A DNA stretch of 64,000 nt, taken from Bacillota bacterium. Lineage in GTDB: Bacteria > Armatimonadota > HRBIN16. Both the position numbers and the translations under genes were made by a program. The stretch spans positions 13,637-77,636 of the forward strand of contig JAIMBJ010000011.1 of assembly GCA_023511455.1 (NCBI GenBank), written 5' to 3'. The notes under the pieces were generated by a model. It worked only from the letters and a program-made list of their open reading frames with translations, was not told the DNA's origin and ran no database searches. Of this stretch, positions 46,875-56,046 are shown piece after piece; within the stretch, counting starts at the first letter, position 1; each line of letters starts with the position of its first letter.

Positions 46875-47096
46875 TTACCGTCCCTGCCCGCCCGGTGTGA
46901 TGGGGGCAACGGGAGCGTTATTCTGACCGGGAATCACTCCCGGGTACATGGGCGGGCCTGCGCCCGCTTCCTGCGCCGTTTTGATGCCGCGGCTGAAACC
47001 GCCGGTCATCGCCACGTAGCCCACGATGAGCGCGATGACCACGACGACGATGACCGCAATCGCCACGGGCGGACTGATTTCCTTTTTCATGTTCAT
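46875..47096 (-). CDS. Small membrane protein (73 aa)
   Basis: A TM helix ([20 protein letters not shown]) and an RBS-like gggggag. It lies upstream of the DUF1559 gene. Confidence 0.35.
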   Translation of the reverse strand: MNMKKEISPPVAIAVIVVVVIALIVGYVAMTGGFSRGIKTAQEAGAGPPMYPGVIPGQNNAPVAPITPGGQGR

Positions 47097-47166
47097 GGCT
47101 CTCCCCCTTGTGATGCATTAACCGTTTCAGCGTATTTTTAAAAGCTACCGTTCCCGTTGCAGCATT

Positions 47167-48204
47167 TTACAGGGAAACAGCACCACAGGAACGGCGGATA
47201 TCCAGCACAGGTTCAAAGATGCGCGCGAAACGGTGCGGGCGCTCGCCCTCTATCAGGCGCACCAGCGTTTTCACCCCTTCGCGTGCCATCTCATAGATGG
47301 GCTGGCGCACGCTGGTCAGCGGTGGGTCGGTGTGATTACAGACCTCGGTGGAGTCGTAGCCGACGACCGCCACGTCTTCAGGGATGCGCAGCTCCAGTTC
47401 GCGTAGCACCTGCATGGCGCGTATCGCCACGTCGTCACTCCATGCGAAGATAGCGGTGGGTCTGCCGCGAGAGCGCATCAGTTCTAACAGCGGTCTGGCA
47501 TCCGACATCGGACCGGGCATTTCGATGACCCATTGCTCTTCAGGTTCGATGCCTGCCTCACGCATTGCCCGCACGTAGCCGTGCCAGCGGTCCAGCGCAG
47601 GAGCCGAACGTGAGCTGCCGCGCAGGTGCACGATAGCCCGGTGCCCCAGCTCCAGCAGATGCTTGGTGGCAATATACCCGCCCTGGACGTTATCACAGTC
47701 CACGTAGTACACATCGGGACGGCGGGCACGGGTGAAGATGAGCACATGCGGGAAGCCACTGTCTGCCAGAATATCGGATAGCGGGTCATCGATATCACGC
47801 AGGAGCAGTGCGCCGTCGATGCGACCATCCATCACCGCGTTTGCTTCGTGCTCGGCGTCGTCGCCATGTGCGCCGGTATACATCATCAGGTCATACTGTT
47901 TTTCGATGGCTTCGTGCGACGCGCCATGCAGAAGCTCCAGAATGAAACCGGACCATCCGCCGAAGATGGCGGCGTACTGCATCACCACGCCGATAGTGTG
48001 GGTACGCCTCTGCGTCAACGCCCGAGCAACCGCATTGGGGCGATAGCCCAGGTCGCGTATGGCTTCCCAAATGCGCCGGCGTGTCTCGTCACTGATGCGC
48101 ACTTTGCCCTCGCGTCCGTTAATCACGTACGAGACCGTGACTTTGGACACGCCCGCCCTTCTCGCCACGTCGGCTATGGTGACTCGCTCGCGCTTCATCT
48201 TCAT
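47167..48204 (-). CDS. LacI-family transcriptional regulator
   Basis: N-terminal HTH (VTIADVARRAGVSKVTVSYVING) plus a periplasmic-binding-fold sugar domain. Confidence 0.88.
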   Translation of the reverse strand: MKMKRERVTIADVARRAGVSKVTVSYVINGREGKVRISDETRRRIWEAIRDLGYRPNAVARALTQRRTHTIGVVMQYAAIFGGWSGFILELLHGASHEAIEKQYDLMMYTGAHGDDAEHEANAVMDGRIDGALLLRDIDDPLSDILADSGFPHVLIFTRARRPDVYYVDCDNVQGGYIATKHLLELGHRAIVHLRGSSRSAPALDRWHGYVRAMREAGIEPEEQWVIEMPGPMSDARPLLELMRSRGRPTAIFAWSDDVAIRAMQVLRELELRIPEDVAVVGYDSTEVCNHTDPPLTSVRQPIYEMAREGVKTLVRLIEGERPHRFARIFEPVLDIRRSCGAVSL

Positions 48205-48290
48205 ATACCGTTAATCGGTTAATGCATCTCCATTATAACCTGTTCTGCATGGTTTGTCAATAGATGAAACCAGCAAATTGCCTGTTTTTT

Positions 48291-49421
48291 TCACCGAATT
48301 CGATACAGATGCACTTCGTAGGGCTTGAACGAGTCCTCGAACCGACCGCGACGCACCGCGATACGCCTGCTCTCGCCCAGCACTTCGGCAGTGGCGCGCT
48401 CGGCAAGCGACTGCACCGTGAACTCGGCGGTGGTGGAGGCGTTGCGCATGCCTGCGGCAAACAGGTAGGTGGCTCCCTGGTAGCGTTTCACCATGCAGTG
48501 CACCGGAACATTCGGTGAGGAAGAGCGCACTGCGGCGCCTCCGTGGATGGTGGGGCTGTTGAGCACCGGCGCGAGCTCGCGAATCTGCCGGTTGATGGCG
48601 GTAACCGCCTCCAGCATCTCGCGATCCTCGAGCAGGGCAGCCTCCACGAAGTTCGGCTCAAACTGGTGCACAAAGTAGATGATACCCTGTGAGCCGTGAA
48701 TCAGCGACATCCACACCTCCGCCCGCACGTGGTGGGGCGTGGGCTTGCGCTCGAGGTTGCTGATGCGGGTGCACTCCAGCGCGTTCCAGACAATCTTCTT
48801 GCCATCGGTCGATTCATTCCAGCGTATCCACAGGTGCAGGCGTTCCAGCCCCTTCGCCACATACCAGAGCAGGTCCTCCGAGTTCAGCCCAGCGACGGGG
48901 TATACATCGTATGAGATGATGTCCGCTGCTTTCACGTAGGTGAAGTAATCGTCAGGATGCGCGCCGGTGCCGCGTCCTACCCAGCTATCGTTGGCAACGC
49001 CCTGCCCGAGGTTCAGCAACACCGGACGGTCGGGGTCGCGGCTCTTCAACTGGCGATACCACTCCACCACCTTTTCGGGTGGCACTGGACCACCCCATCC
49101 CTTACGTCCGGTAGCGGGGTCGGTCACGGGCTGAGCGTTATCGGGTTCATCCTGGTGCATCCAGCCGACGATGATGGGGTCTTCGCGATGCTTCAAGCCC
49201 ACGGCATTCTGCTCACAGATGACGGGCATTTTTGCATCGCGCAGGGTGGAGAGCTGCTCTTCAGTAGGTCCCTGCCACAGCCCCACATAGAGATTGAAAC
49301 CTGCCTGCTTGAAGCGGGGCGCGTTGCGTGGTTGCTGCAGCCAAACGGCGATAGGGAAGAATGAAGCATCCTTTGGCAGACCGAATTTCCAGCGCGAATA
49401 GACGTTGACAGAGAGCATCAT
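48291..49421 (-). CDS. Hypothetical protein, possibly a TIM-barrel glycosidase-like enzyme
   Basis: 376 aa with no signal peptide. The WMHQDEPDN motif is of unknown family. Confidence 0.45.
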   Translation of the reverse strand: MMLSVNVYSRWKFGLPKDASFFPIAVWLQQPRNAPRFKQAGFNLYVGLWQGPTEEQLSTLRDAKMPVICEQNAVGLKHREDPIIVGWMHQDEPDNAQPVTDPATGRKGWGGPVPPEKVVEWYRQLKSRDPDRPVLLNLGQGVANDSWVGRGTGAHPDDYFTYVKAADIISYDVYPVAGLNSEDLLWYVAKGLERLHLWIRWNESTDGKKIVWNALECTRISNLERKPTPHHVRAEVWMSLIHGSQGIIYFVHQFEPNFVEAALLEDREMLEAVTAINRQIRELAPVLNSPTIHGGAAVRSSSPNVPVHCMVKRYQGATYLFAAGMRNASTTAEFTVQSLAERATAEVLGESRRIAVRRGRFEDSFKPYEVHLYRIR

Positions 49422-49451
49422 GTTCAGTCTCCTCCTTTGCCAAATCCGGCT

Positions 49452-50855
49452 CTAGCCGTTCTCACCCGGTCGGGGAAATATCTTGTCGGGGTTGCACAGA
49501 CCCTGTGGGTCAAAGGCGTCGTGCACCAGCTGCATCGCTTTCAGGTCGGTGTCGCTGTAGAGCAGGCGCATATAGTGTGCCTTTTCCACGCCCACGCCAT
49601 GCTCGCCCGTGATGCTGCCGCCCATCTGCACGCACAACCGAACGATGGCGTCGTTCGCGGCACGCACACGGCTCACTTCTTCGGCGTCCCGTTCGTCAAA
49701 AAGCACGATGGGATGCAGGCTGCCGTCCCCCGCGTGGAACACGTTGGCGATGCGCACGCCATATTCCTGTCCGATTTCCAGAATGCGACGTAAGACCTGC
49801 GGCAGCTTGCTGCGCGGAACCACCGCGTCCTGCGTGACGTTGCTGGGAGCCAGCCTTCCCAGCGACCCTACGGCTTTCTTGCGTGCTGCCCACAGGCGGG
49901 TGCGCTCGTCCTCGTCACGCGCCAAACGTATCTCCTCGGCATGATTCGCGTTACAGATGTCCACCACGCGCTGCAGCTGCCTGTCCAGCCCCGCCTCCAG
50001 TCCATCTAACTCGATGACCAGCACTGCATCGGCGTCCTGGGGAAAGCCGAAGCGGAACGCCGCTTCTACCGCCTGCAACGTAGTGCGATCGATCATCTCC
50101 ATCGCGGCAGGCACCATCCCCGCCGCAATGATGTCGGAAACGGTCTGGCAGGCGTCCTCCAATCGGGGATACACTGCCAGCAGGGTGCGCCAGCCCTGAG
50201 GCAATGGGGTTAGCTTCGCAATCACGGTCGTCAGGATGCCCAGAGTGCCTTCGCTACCGGTGAATACCCCCACCAGGTCATAGCCGAGCGGTTCCTCGTA
50301 CTTACCCCCCAGCCAGACCACCTCGCCGTCGGGCAGCACCACCTCTAAGCCGGTGATATGGTTGACCGTCACCCCGTACTTCAGCGTGTGCGGACCGCCG
50401 GCGTTCTCCGCCACGTTACCGCCGATGGTGCTGACGCCCTGACTGGACGGGTCGGGCGCATAGTGGTAGCCGTACGACTTCACCGCCTTCGTCAGGTCCA
50501 GGTTGATAACGCCTGCCTGTGCGGTGATGCGCCGGTTGGGGATGTCTACTTCCAGAATGCGAGTCATGCGGCTGGTGCAGATAACGACCCCACCCTTTAC
50601 CGCCAGCGCGCCGCCGGAGAGTCCCGTGCCAGCCCCGCGCGGCACAAAGGGAATACCCAGCCGGTTACAGAGTTGCACCACCTGCTGCACCTGCGCGGTC
50701 TCGGTAGGGAAGACCACCGCCTGCGGCAGGGCTTTCTCCATCGTGTAGGCGTCGCACTCGTAGACTAGCAGGTCAAACGGGTCGTGCAGTACCGCCTCCG
50801 CGCCCACGATGCGCTGCAGGTCTCGAATCAGACTGGAAGCCGTTTGTGTGAACAT
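49452..50855 (-). CDS. FAD-binding oxidoreductase (glycolate oxidase GlcD / D-lactate dehydrogenase family)
   Basis: FAD PCMH-type domain (PRGAGTGLSGGA) and a C-terminal FAD-oxidase domain. Confidence 0.85.
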   Translation of the reverse strand: MFTQTASSLIRDLQRIVGAEAVLHDPFDLLVYECDAYTMEKALPQAVVFPTETAQVQQVVQLCNRLGIPFVPRGAGTGLSGGALAVKGGVVICTSRMTRILEVDIPNRRITAQAGVINLDLTKAVKSYGYHYAPDPSSQGVSTIGGNVAENAGGPHTLKYGVTVNHITGLEVVLPDGEVVWLGGKYEEPLGYDLVGVFTGSEGTLGILTTVIAKLTPLPQGWRTLLAVYPRLEDACQTVSDIIAAGMVPAAMEMIDRTTLQAVEAAFRFGFPQDADAVLVIELDGLEAGLDRQLQRVVDICNANHAEEIRLARDEDERTRLWAARKKAVGSLGRLAPSNVTQDAVVPRSKLPQVLRRILEIGQEYGVRIANVFHAGDGSLHPIVLFDERDAEEVSRVRAANDAIVRLCVQMGGSITGEHGVGVEKAHYMRLLYSDTDLKAMQLVHDAFDPQGLCNPDKIFPRPGENG

Positions 50856-50868
50856 AGCAACACCTCAC

Positions 50869-51387
50869 TCATGGTTCCAGCTGTTTCAGTGCTTCGATCG
50901 CGCGATCCAACACCCTCTCCGAGACCCATAGTGAGGATTCTCTGGAGAGTCTAACAACCACTTCATGAGCTTCCTCTGGCTGAATAAAACCGAGTGAAGC
51001 ACATGCAATGACCACTCCAAGCGAGCCATGCACTTCTATGCCAAGTGTTTCAGCAAACAGCCGCGCTTTGGTGTCATCGGTAAGGAACCATGTACACTGC
51101 AGCTGTCTTGCCAAAGCAATCGCCATCGCTTCGCCGAGATGCAAATAACGTGCTGCTACCCATTTTTCGGCTTGTTTCGCATAATGACCCTCGGCTCGAA
51201 GCGTATCCACAGATATACCGATAGATGTTTCATCTGTTAATAAGCTGAACTCGTCAGCCACTTCTACAGGAATGCATATCCTGCCAAGGTAGTTGAGGAG
51301 GTGCTGCCTGCGTATCTGCCAGAGATGCAGTAACGGTCCGGTATTACAGACGATTAGCCTCGTTGCGTTTTGAGGTTCACTGCCCAT
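50869..51387 (-). CDS. DUF3368 / PIN-like domain protein (putative toxin)
   Basis: About 170 aa. Pairs with the upstream UPF0175-like gene. The locus GC content is about 50%. Confidence 0.65.
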   Translation of the reverse strand: MGSEPQNATRLIVCNTGPLLHLWQIRRQHLLNYLGRICIPVEVADEFSLLTDETSIGISVDTLRAEGHYAKQAEKWVAARYLHLGEAMAIALARQLQCTWFLTDDTKARLFAETLGIEVHGSLGVVIACASLGFIQPEEAHEVVVRLSRESSLWVSERVLDRAIEALKQLEP

Positions 51388-51563
51388 TCAATATCCTCGA
51401 GAAGGAACTGTTCCGCCAGCTGCCACAGTCTGCTGGACACGAACTCGCGAAGCGCTTCGCGAATAGCTTCCTCTTCACTAACGAACCAGCCCTCGTGAAC
51501 CATCTGCTCCAACGCATGGGCCAAGCTCTCGGGGAGCTGTACCTGTACCGTTTTCCCAGCCAT
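51354..51563 (-). CDS. UPF0175-family putative antitoxin
   Basis: MAGKTVQVQLPESLAHALEQMVHEGWFVSEEEAIREALREF. The start was set at the internal Met. The gene overlaps the downstream DUF3368 gene. Confidence 0.55.
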   Translation of the reverse strand: MAGKTVQVQLPESLAHALEQMVHEGWFVSEEEAIREALREFVSSRLWQLAEQFLLEDIEWAVNLKTQRG

Positions 51564-51713
51564 CGCTCTTAACCTCTCTTGCCGTCTTTCAGCATGATTG
51601 TACTCCGCTACAGCTTTGATATTCGGTGTGTGTCGAGCGCGTTCGGTAAACCGCCTCGTCGCGTGCCGCAAGGACTGAAACCCCAGCATAGCAAGACAGC
51701 TTCATTGTACCCT

Positions 51714-53183
51714 CTACTCCACCCGCACTTCCGTGTTGCCAAAGCGCAAGACGTCGCCCACCCGTATCAACTGCTGTTGCACAGGCTGCCCGTTAACGAA
51801 ACTGCCGTTGCGCGAGCCTTCGTCGATGAGAACCCACTGCGTGCCCTGCCTCTCCAGCCGCGCGTGCCGGCGGCTGACGGTGGGGTCGAAGTCGATCTGC
51901 AGGTCGCGCCCCGGCTCTCTGCCGATGGTCACCACGTTACCCTGCAGGGGCAACGCCATGCCCGCCTTTACACCATTCACTACCACCAGTCGGGTGGGAA
52001 CCGTTCCCATGGTGGGCTGCGCTGCGGTAGCCGTTAATGGTGGCGACGCCGTGGATGGCGACCCCGAAGGAGCCGCCGCCGGTGCCGATGCGCCCGGCAA
52101 CACGCTACACGCACATTGCCCTGTGACCGGGTCCTTGCGCTCACCGCAGTATGGGCACAGGTAGTCAGGCAGGGGCGGGCGCGAGGAGGGTTTCTCCACC
52201 CTCTCCATCGCCTCTCGCACCAGCGAGCGTGTGGCTTTTTCGAAAAACTGCAGGCGCATGGAGGCTATCTGGATGGTATCCCCATCCTTCAGCCATGCCT
52301 GCTGTACCGGCTGTCCGTTCAGCAGCGTACCCGCCGGCGAGCCGAGGTCTTCTATCAGGTGGCGGTTCTGTTGCTTGATGATGCGGGCGTGCTGCGGCGC
52401 GATTTGAGGGTCGCCAAAAAGGGGAATATCGGCGTACTCATCCCGTCCGATAATGCACACGGGTTTGTCCACCGGATACTCTCTGCCCTCGTTACGACCC
52501 ACCACCACGCGCACCCACGCCGCTTTCAACGCCTCCTGAACCAGCGCAATGAAGAACCCAATGCTCGCCCCCAGCACGGGGAAACCCACCGCCCGACCCG
52601 GCGCACCGACCTCTACCCGTTCACCACCCGACATCGCCAGATAGAGCGGGGCGAATATCAGCGTGAATATCTCGAACGCGATACCGCCCAACGCGCCTCC
52701 GATAGCGCCGCCTATCGTGCTGTGCCACCATCGCTTTGCGGAGCCGGTAGTCACCCCGACGGCTGCGCCGATTCCTGCGCCAAACAACATCCAGCCGACA
52801 GTACGGGGCACAATGTCGGTGATGAAGCCGAGGGGGGTGGGAGATGCGCCCATACCAGCGGGGTTCCCCAGAAGGTTACTCAAAGAGCCGTAAACGAGGT
52901 TGCCGATGAACAGGGCAATCGTCGTGCCGGGCAGACCGACGAACGCGGTAAGCAGCCCTTTGCGCACTGCCTGACCCGGCAGCCCGCGCGTGAGGCTGTC
53001 CACCATCCCCAGCGCGAAGCCGTAGCACCCGCCCAAGATGACCGCCAGCCAGATGGTCTCTCGCGCGGCTGCAACCGGGTTGAGCATCACCGCCTGATGG
53101 TCGATGAGCGGTTCCTGTATCGAGAACCCCACGACCCCGCCTGCGCCTCCCAGCAATAACCCCAGCAGCAGCCTGCCAATCAT
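51714..53183 (-). CDS. Polytopic membrane protein with two cytoplasmic FHA domains and a zinc ribbon
   Basis: Glycine-zipper TM helices, then FHA 1 (VCIIGRDEYADIPL...HARII), then CPYCGERKDPVTGQCACS, then FHA 2 (VVTIGREPGRDLQIDFDPTVSRRHARLE). Confidence 0.8.
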   Translation of the reverse strand: MIGRLLLGLLLGGAGGVVGFSIQEPLIDHQAVMLNPVAAARETIWLAVILGGCYGFALGMVDSLTRGLPGQAVRKGLLTAFVGLPGTTIALFIGNLVYGSLSNLLGNPAGMGASPTPLGFITDIVPRTVGWMLFGAGIGAAVGVTTGSAKRWWHSTIGGAIGGALGGIAFEIFTLIFAPLYLAMSGGERVEVGAPGRAVGFPVLGASIGFFIALVQEALKAAWVRVVVGRNEGREYPVDKPVCIIGRDEYADIPLFGDPQIAPQHARIIKQQNRHLIEDLGSPAGTLLNGQPVQQAWLKDGDTIQIASMRLQFFEKATRSLVREAMERVEKPSSRPPLPDYLCPYCGERKDPVTGQCACSVLPGASAPAAAPSGSPSTASPPLTATAAQPTMGTVPTRLVVVNGVKAGMALPLQGNVVTIGREPGRDLQIDFDPTVSRRHARLERQGTQWVLIDEGSRNGSFVNGQPVQQQLIRVGDVLRFGNTEVRVE

Positions 53184-53186
53184 CGC

Positions 53187-54479
53187 TTACACTTCCCATC
53201 GGAAGAAGGTTGCGCCAATCTGTATCTCGTCGCCCGGGCGCAGGGGTTGCTCGGTCACACGCACGCCGTTGACCCACGTGCCGTTGGAGGAGCCTTCGTC
53301 GCGAATCACCCAGCCATCGCCCTGCTTGAGAATACGTGCGTGTCGTCGGCTGACGGTGTTGTCCGTGCCCAGGTGGATGGTGTTGCCCACCTCGCGCCCA
53401 ATAGTGGCTTCCGCGCCGCTAATCTCGAAGATGTGCCCCCCGTACGCGCCTCGCGCACCCACCAGGCGCGGCACTCCGGTCGCCACCGTGGTCGCAGTGG
53501 GAGCGACAACACCCGCTGCCGCAGGCGCTACCGAACATGCACACGCTCCCGTCACCGGGTCCACCGGCTGACCGCAGAAGGGGCAATGACCTTCGGGAAC
53601 CTGCACCGCCGGTTTCTGGACAGGTTGGGCAGGCTGAGGAGCGGCGGCTTCCTGCGCCACGTCGATGCCGAGCTTCTTCAAGGCATCGGGGAGGGTGAGT
53701 TGCTTCCGCTTCCAGATGCGGTAACCGCTGTAAACCAACCCCGCCAGCACCAGCAAGCCAAGCAGTGTGTTCCACACCGGAAAAGCGCGGGGTGCCCTTG
53801 TCGGAGAGGGTGCCGCAGGTTGCGCCTGCGAGGTCGGCTGAGGCGTGGTGGGTGCGGTATCCAGCACCGGTGCGCCGCTGGAGATGACCATCGTCAGGGT
53901 TACCACCGGGTCGGCACGTTCGGCTTGGATCTCCGCCTCCTGCGAAGCGGTGAGGTTGTTGCCGTAGTTCACCAGCACGCTTACCTTGCCCAGTTTCACC
54001 CGCTCCAGCGAGACGATTCCGTTTTGAGACGGTTCCAGCAGGGCAGTGTGGATGGTGTTGCTGGCATCGGTAAGCATCACGAAGGCGGCGGCGATGGGCT
54101 TATCCTCCGGCGTTTGCAAACGCACCTGCACGCGCATCGCGTACTGGAACTGGTCAGGGGTGACGGTGACGGTGGTGTCGTTGGGCTTCAGGGTAACCAG
54201 AGCGAGGTTGCCGTACTTCATGTCGTACACGCCGACGCGCGCACCTTCCAGTGTCTTGTCCGCGGTATCGGCGAACCGCTTTTTCAGCGAGGCAATGTCC
54301 AGCTCCACCTTACCGCCAGTGCTCTCATTCGGTGGCAGGAACACCGTCTGACCGTTCGCCGATTCCAACCACACCAGATACTTGCCCTCGCTGGGCACGT
54401 TCACCGTCACCTTATCGGGCAGCGCGTAGACCGCCGTTGCCATGAATGCCAAACATGTCAGCCATGCAATACGCAGCAT
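53187..54479 (-). CDS. Bitopic FHA-domain protein: secreted beta-sandwich domain, Pro/Thr-rich linker, TM helix, zinc ribbon and FHA
   Basis: Signal peptide MLRIAWLTCLAFMATAVYA. CPFCGQPVDPVTGACACS zinc ribbon. The FHA domain is ATIGREVGNTIHLGTDNTVSRRHARIL. There is a 3-nt gap to the downstream FHA gene. Confidence 0.8.
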   Translation of the reverse strand: MLRIAWLTCLAFMATAVYALPDKVTVNVPSEGKYLVWLESANGQTVFLPPNESTGGKVELDIASLKKRFADTADKTLEGARVGVYDMKYGNLALVTLKPNDTTVTVTPDQFQYAMRVQVRLQTPEDKPIAAAFVMLTDASNTIHTALLEPSQNGIVSLERVKLGKVSVLVNYGNNLTASQEAEIQAERADPVVTLTMVISSGAPVLDTAPTTPQPTSQAQPAAPSPTRAPRAFPVWNTLLGLLVLAGLVYSGYRIWKRKQLTLPDALKKLGIDVAQEAAAPQPAQPVQKPAVQVPEGHCPFCGQPVDPVTGACACSVAPAAAGVVAPTATTVATGVPRLVGARGAYGGHIFEISGAEATIGREVGNTIHLGTDNTVSRRHARILKQGDGWVIRDEGSSNGTWVNGVRVTEQPLRPGDEIQIGATFFRWEV

Positions 54480-54483
54480 CTTC

Positions 54484-56043
54484 TCACCCTCCAGACTGCT
54501 CGATATGCATTATCGCCTCCGGCAGGCAGCGGATAATATCTCCTGCTATCAAGCCTGCCGCTCCCTCCTTCTGCGCGGCAAGGTCGCCTGCCAGTCCGTG
54601 TATATATACGCCTGCGGTTGCACCGTGCTCCGCATCCAGCCCCTGCGCCAGCAACCCTGCTATCGCTCCGGTCAACACGTCGCCACTGCCGCCCGTTGCC
54701 ATGCCTGCATTGCCGGTGGGGTTCACCCAGATTCTGCCTTCGGGCGTGGCAATGACAGTGCGCGCTCCCTTCAGCACGACAACCGCCCCAAAACGGTGTG
54801 CCGCCTCCTGTGCTATCGCCAGACGGTTCGCCAGCACGGTCGCCGTATCGGTGTTCATCAGCCTCGCCATCTCGCCCGGGTGCGGCGTGAACACCAGTGG
54901 CGGGGGCGACTCGGGCAGGATGTCTGGCTCTTGCGCGATACAGTTCAGGGCATCGGCGTCGATGACGCAGGGAGCCTCGGCGATGCTCAGCAGCTTGCGC
55001 AACGCCTGGCGAGCAGGGAGATATGTGCCCCAGCCCGGCCCGATGGCAAGCACGTTTGCCCGCTCCAGCAGAGGCGATATCGCGTCGATGGATTCTGCGC
55101 TCAAACAGCCTTCCGGAGCATTCGGCAGGGGACGAACCATCGCCTCGCGCAGAGTACCCGCCGCGGCTGCGTACATGCTCTGGGGAACCGCCACCGAACA
55201 TAACCCCGCGCCCACGCGCAGTGCGGCTTCCGCCGCCATCATCGGCGCACCTGCCAGCCCTACCGAACCTCCTACCACCAGCACATGCCCGAACCGTCCT
55301 TTGTGCGCGTCGGCGGGACGAACCGGCAGCCACCGGTGCACCTGCTCCCGCGTTATCAGACGGCGGGTAATGTCCGCCTGTTCCACCACTGCCGCTGGGA
55401 TGCCGATGTCAGCTACCACCACTTCGCCAGCGAACTCTGCGCCCGGGTATACTGCCACCCCCACCTTCATCGCGCCGAAAGTGACCGTGAGCGTGGCGCG
55501 CATGGCGCAACCGCGTACCGCTCCCGTGTCGGCGTCGATGCCCGAAGGCACGTCCACTGCCACCACCGGCACAGAGCACTCGCCGAAAAAGCGTATCGTC
55601 TCACCGACGAGACCCCGTACCTCGCCGGTGACGCCGATACCGAGCAGGGCATCCACCACGATGTCCCATCGGTTTGCCCAGATGGAGTGCAGGTGCTCCA
55701 CAGAGCGCAGAACATGCAGGGGCAAACCCAGCTTTTGCACGATTTGCAGGTTGGTAAGGGCATCACCCGTCACTTTCGCAGGGTCAGCGACCAGCACCAC
55801 CTGAACCTCTGCGCCTCGCTGTGCGACCTGGCGGGCGACCACCATACCGTCGCCGCCGTTGTTGCCGCCGCCGCACAGCACCAGCACGCGCTTGCCCCGC
55901 CAGCTGCCCAACCGCCTCTCCGTATGTGTGACCACCTGCAGTCCCGCGTTCTCCATCAACAGCAAGCCAGGGATGCCGAACTCCTCGATGGTGCGTCGGT
56001 CCATCTGGCGCATCTCTTCCGCGGTCACCAGCACAGGCAACAT
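54484..56043 (-). CDS. nnr: Bifunctional NAD(P)H-hydrate repair enzyme Nnr (YjeF N- and C-terminal domains)
   Basis: GGGNNGGDG in the YjeF-N domain and GGSGDVLTG in the carbohydrate-kinase-like YjeF-C domain. Confidence 0.88.
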   Translation of the reverse strand: MLPVLVTAEEMRQMDRRTIEEFGIPGLLLMENAGLQVVTHTERRLGSWRGKRVLVLCGGGNNGGDGMVVARQVAQRGAEVQVVLVADPAKVTGDALTNLQIVQKLGLPLHVLRSVEHLHSIWANRWDIVVDALLGIGVTGEVRGLVGETIRFFGECSVPVVAVDVPSGIDADTGAVRGCAMRATLTVTFGAMKVGVAVYPGAEFAGEVVVADIGIPAAVVEQADITRRLITREQVHRWLPVRPADAHKGRFGHVLVVGGSVGLAGAPMMAAEAALRVGAGLCSVAVPQSMYAAAAGTLREAMVRPLPNAPEGCLSAESIDAISPLLERANVLAIGPGWGTYLPARQALRKLLSIAEAPCVIDADALNCIAQEPDILPESPPPLVFTPHPGEMARLMNTDTATVLANRLAIAQEAAHRFGAVVVLKGARTVIATPEGRIWVNPTGNAGMATGGSGDVLTGAIAGLLAQGLDAEHGATAGVYIHGLAGDLAAQKEGAAGLIAGDIIRCLPEAIMHIEQSGG

Positions 56044-56046
56044 CGG

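Noticed and set aside
52116-53159. 347-aa ORF on the plus strand, and 53247-54536 429-aa ORF on the plus strand
   Set aside because: Antisense to the two FHA-domain genes, which have clear domain content.
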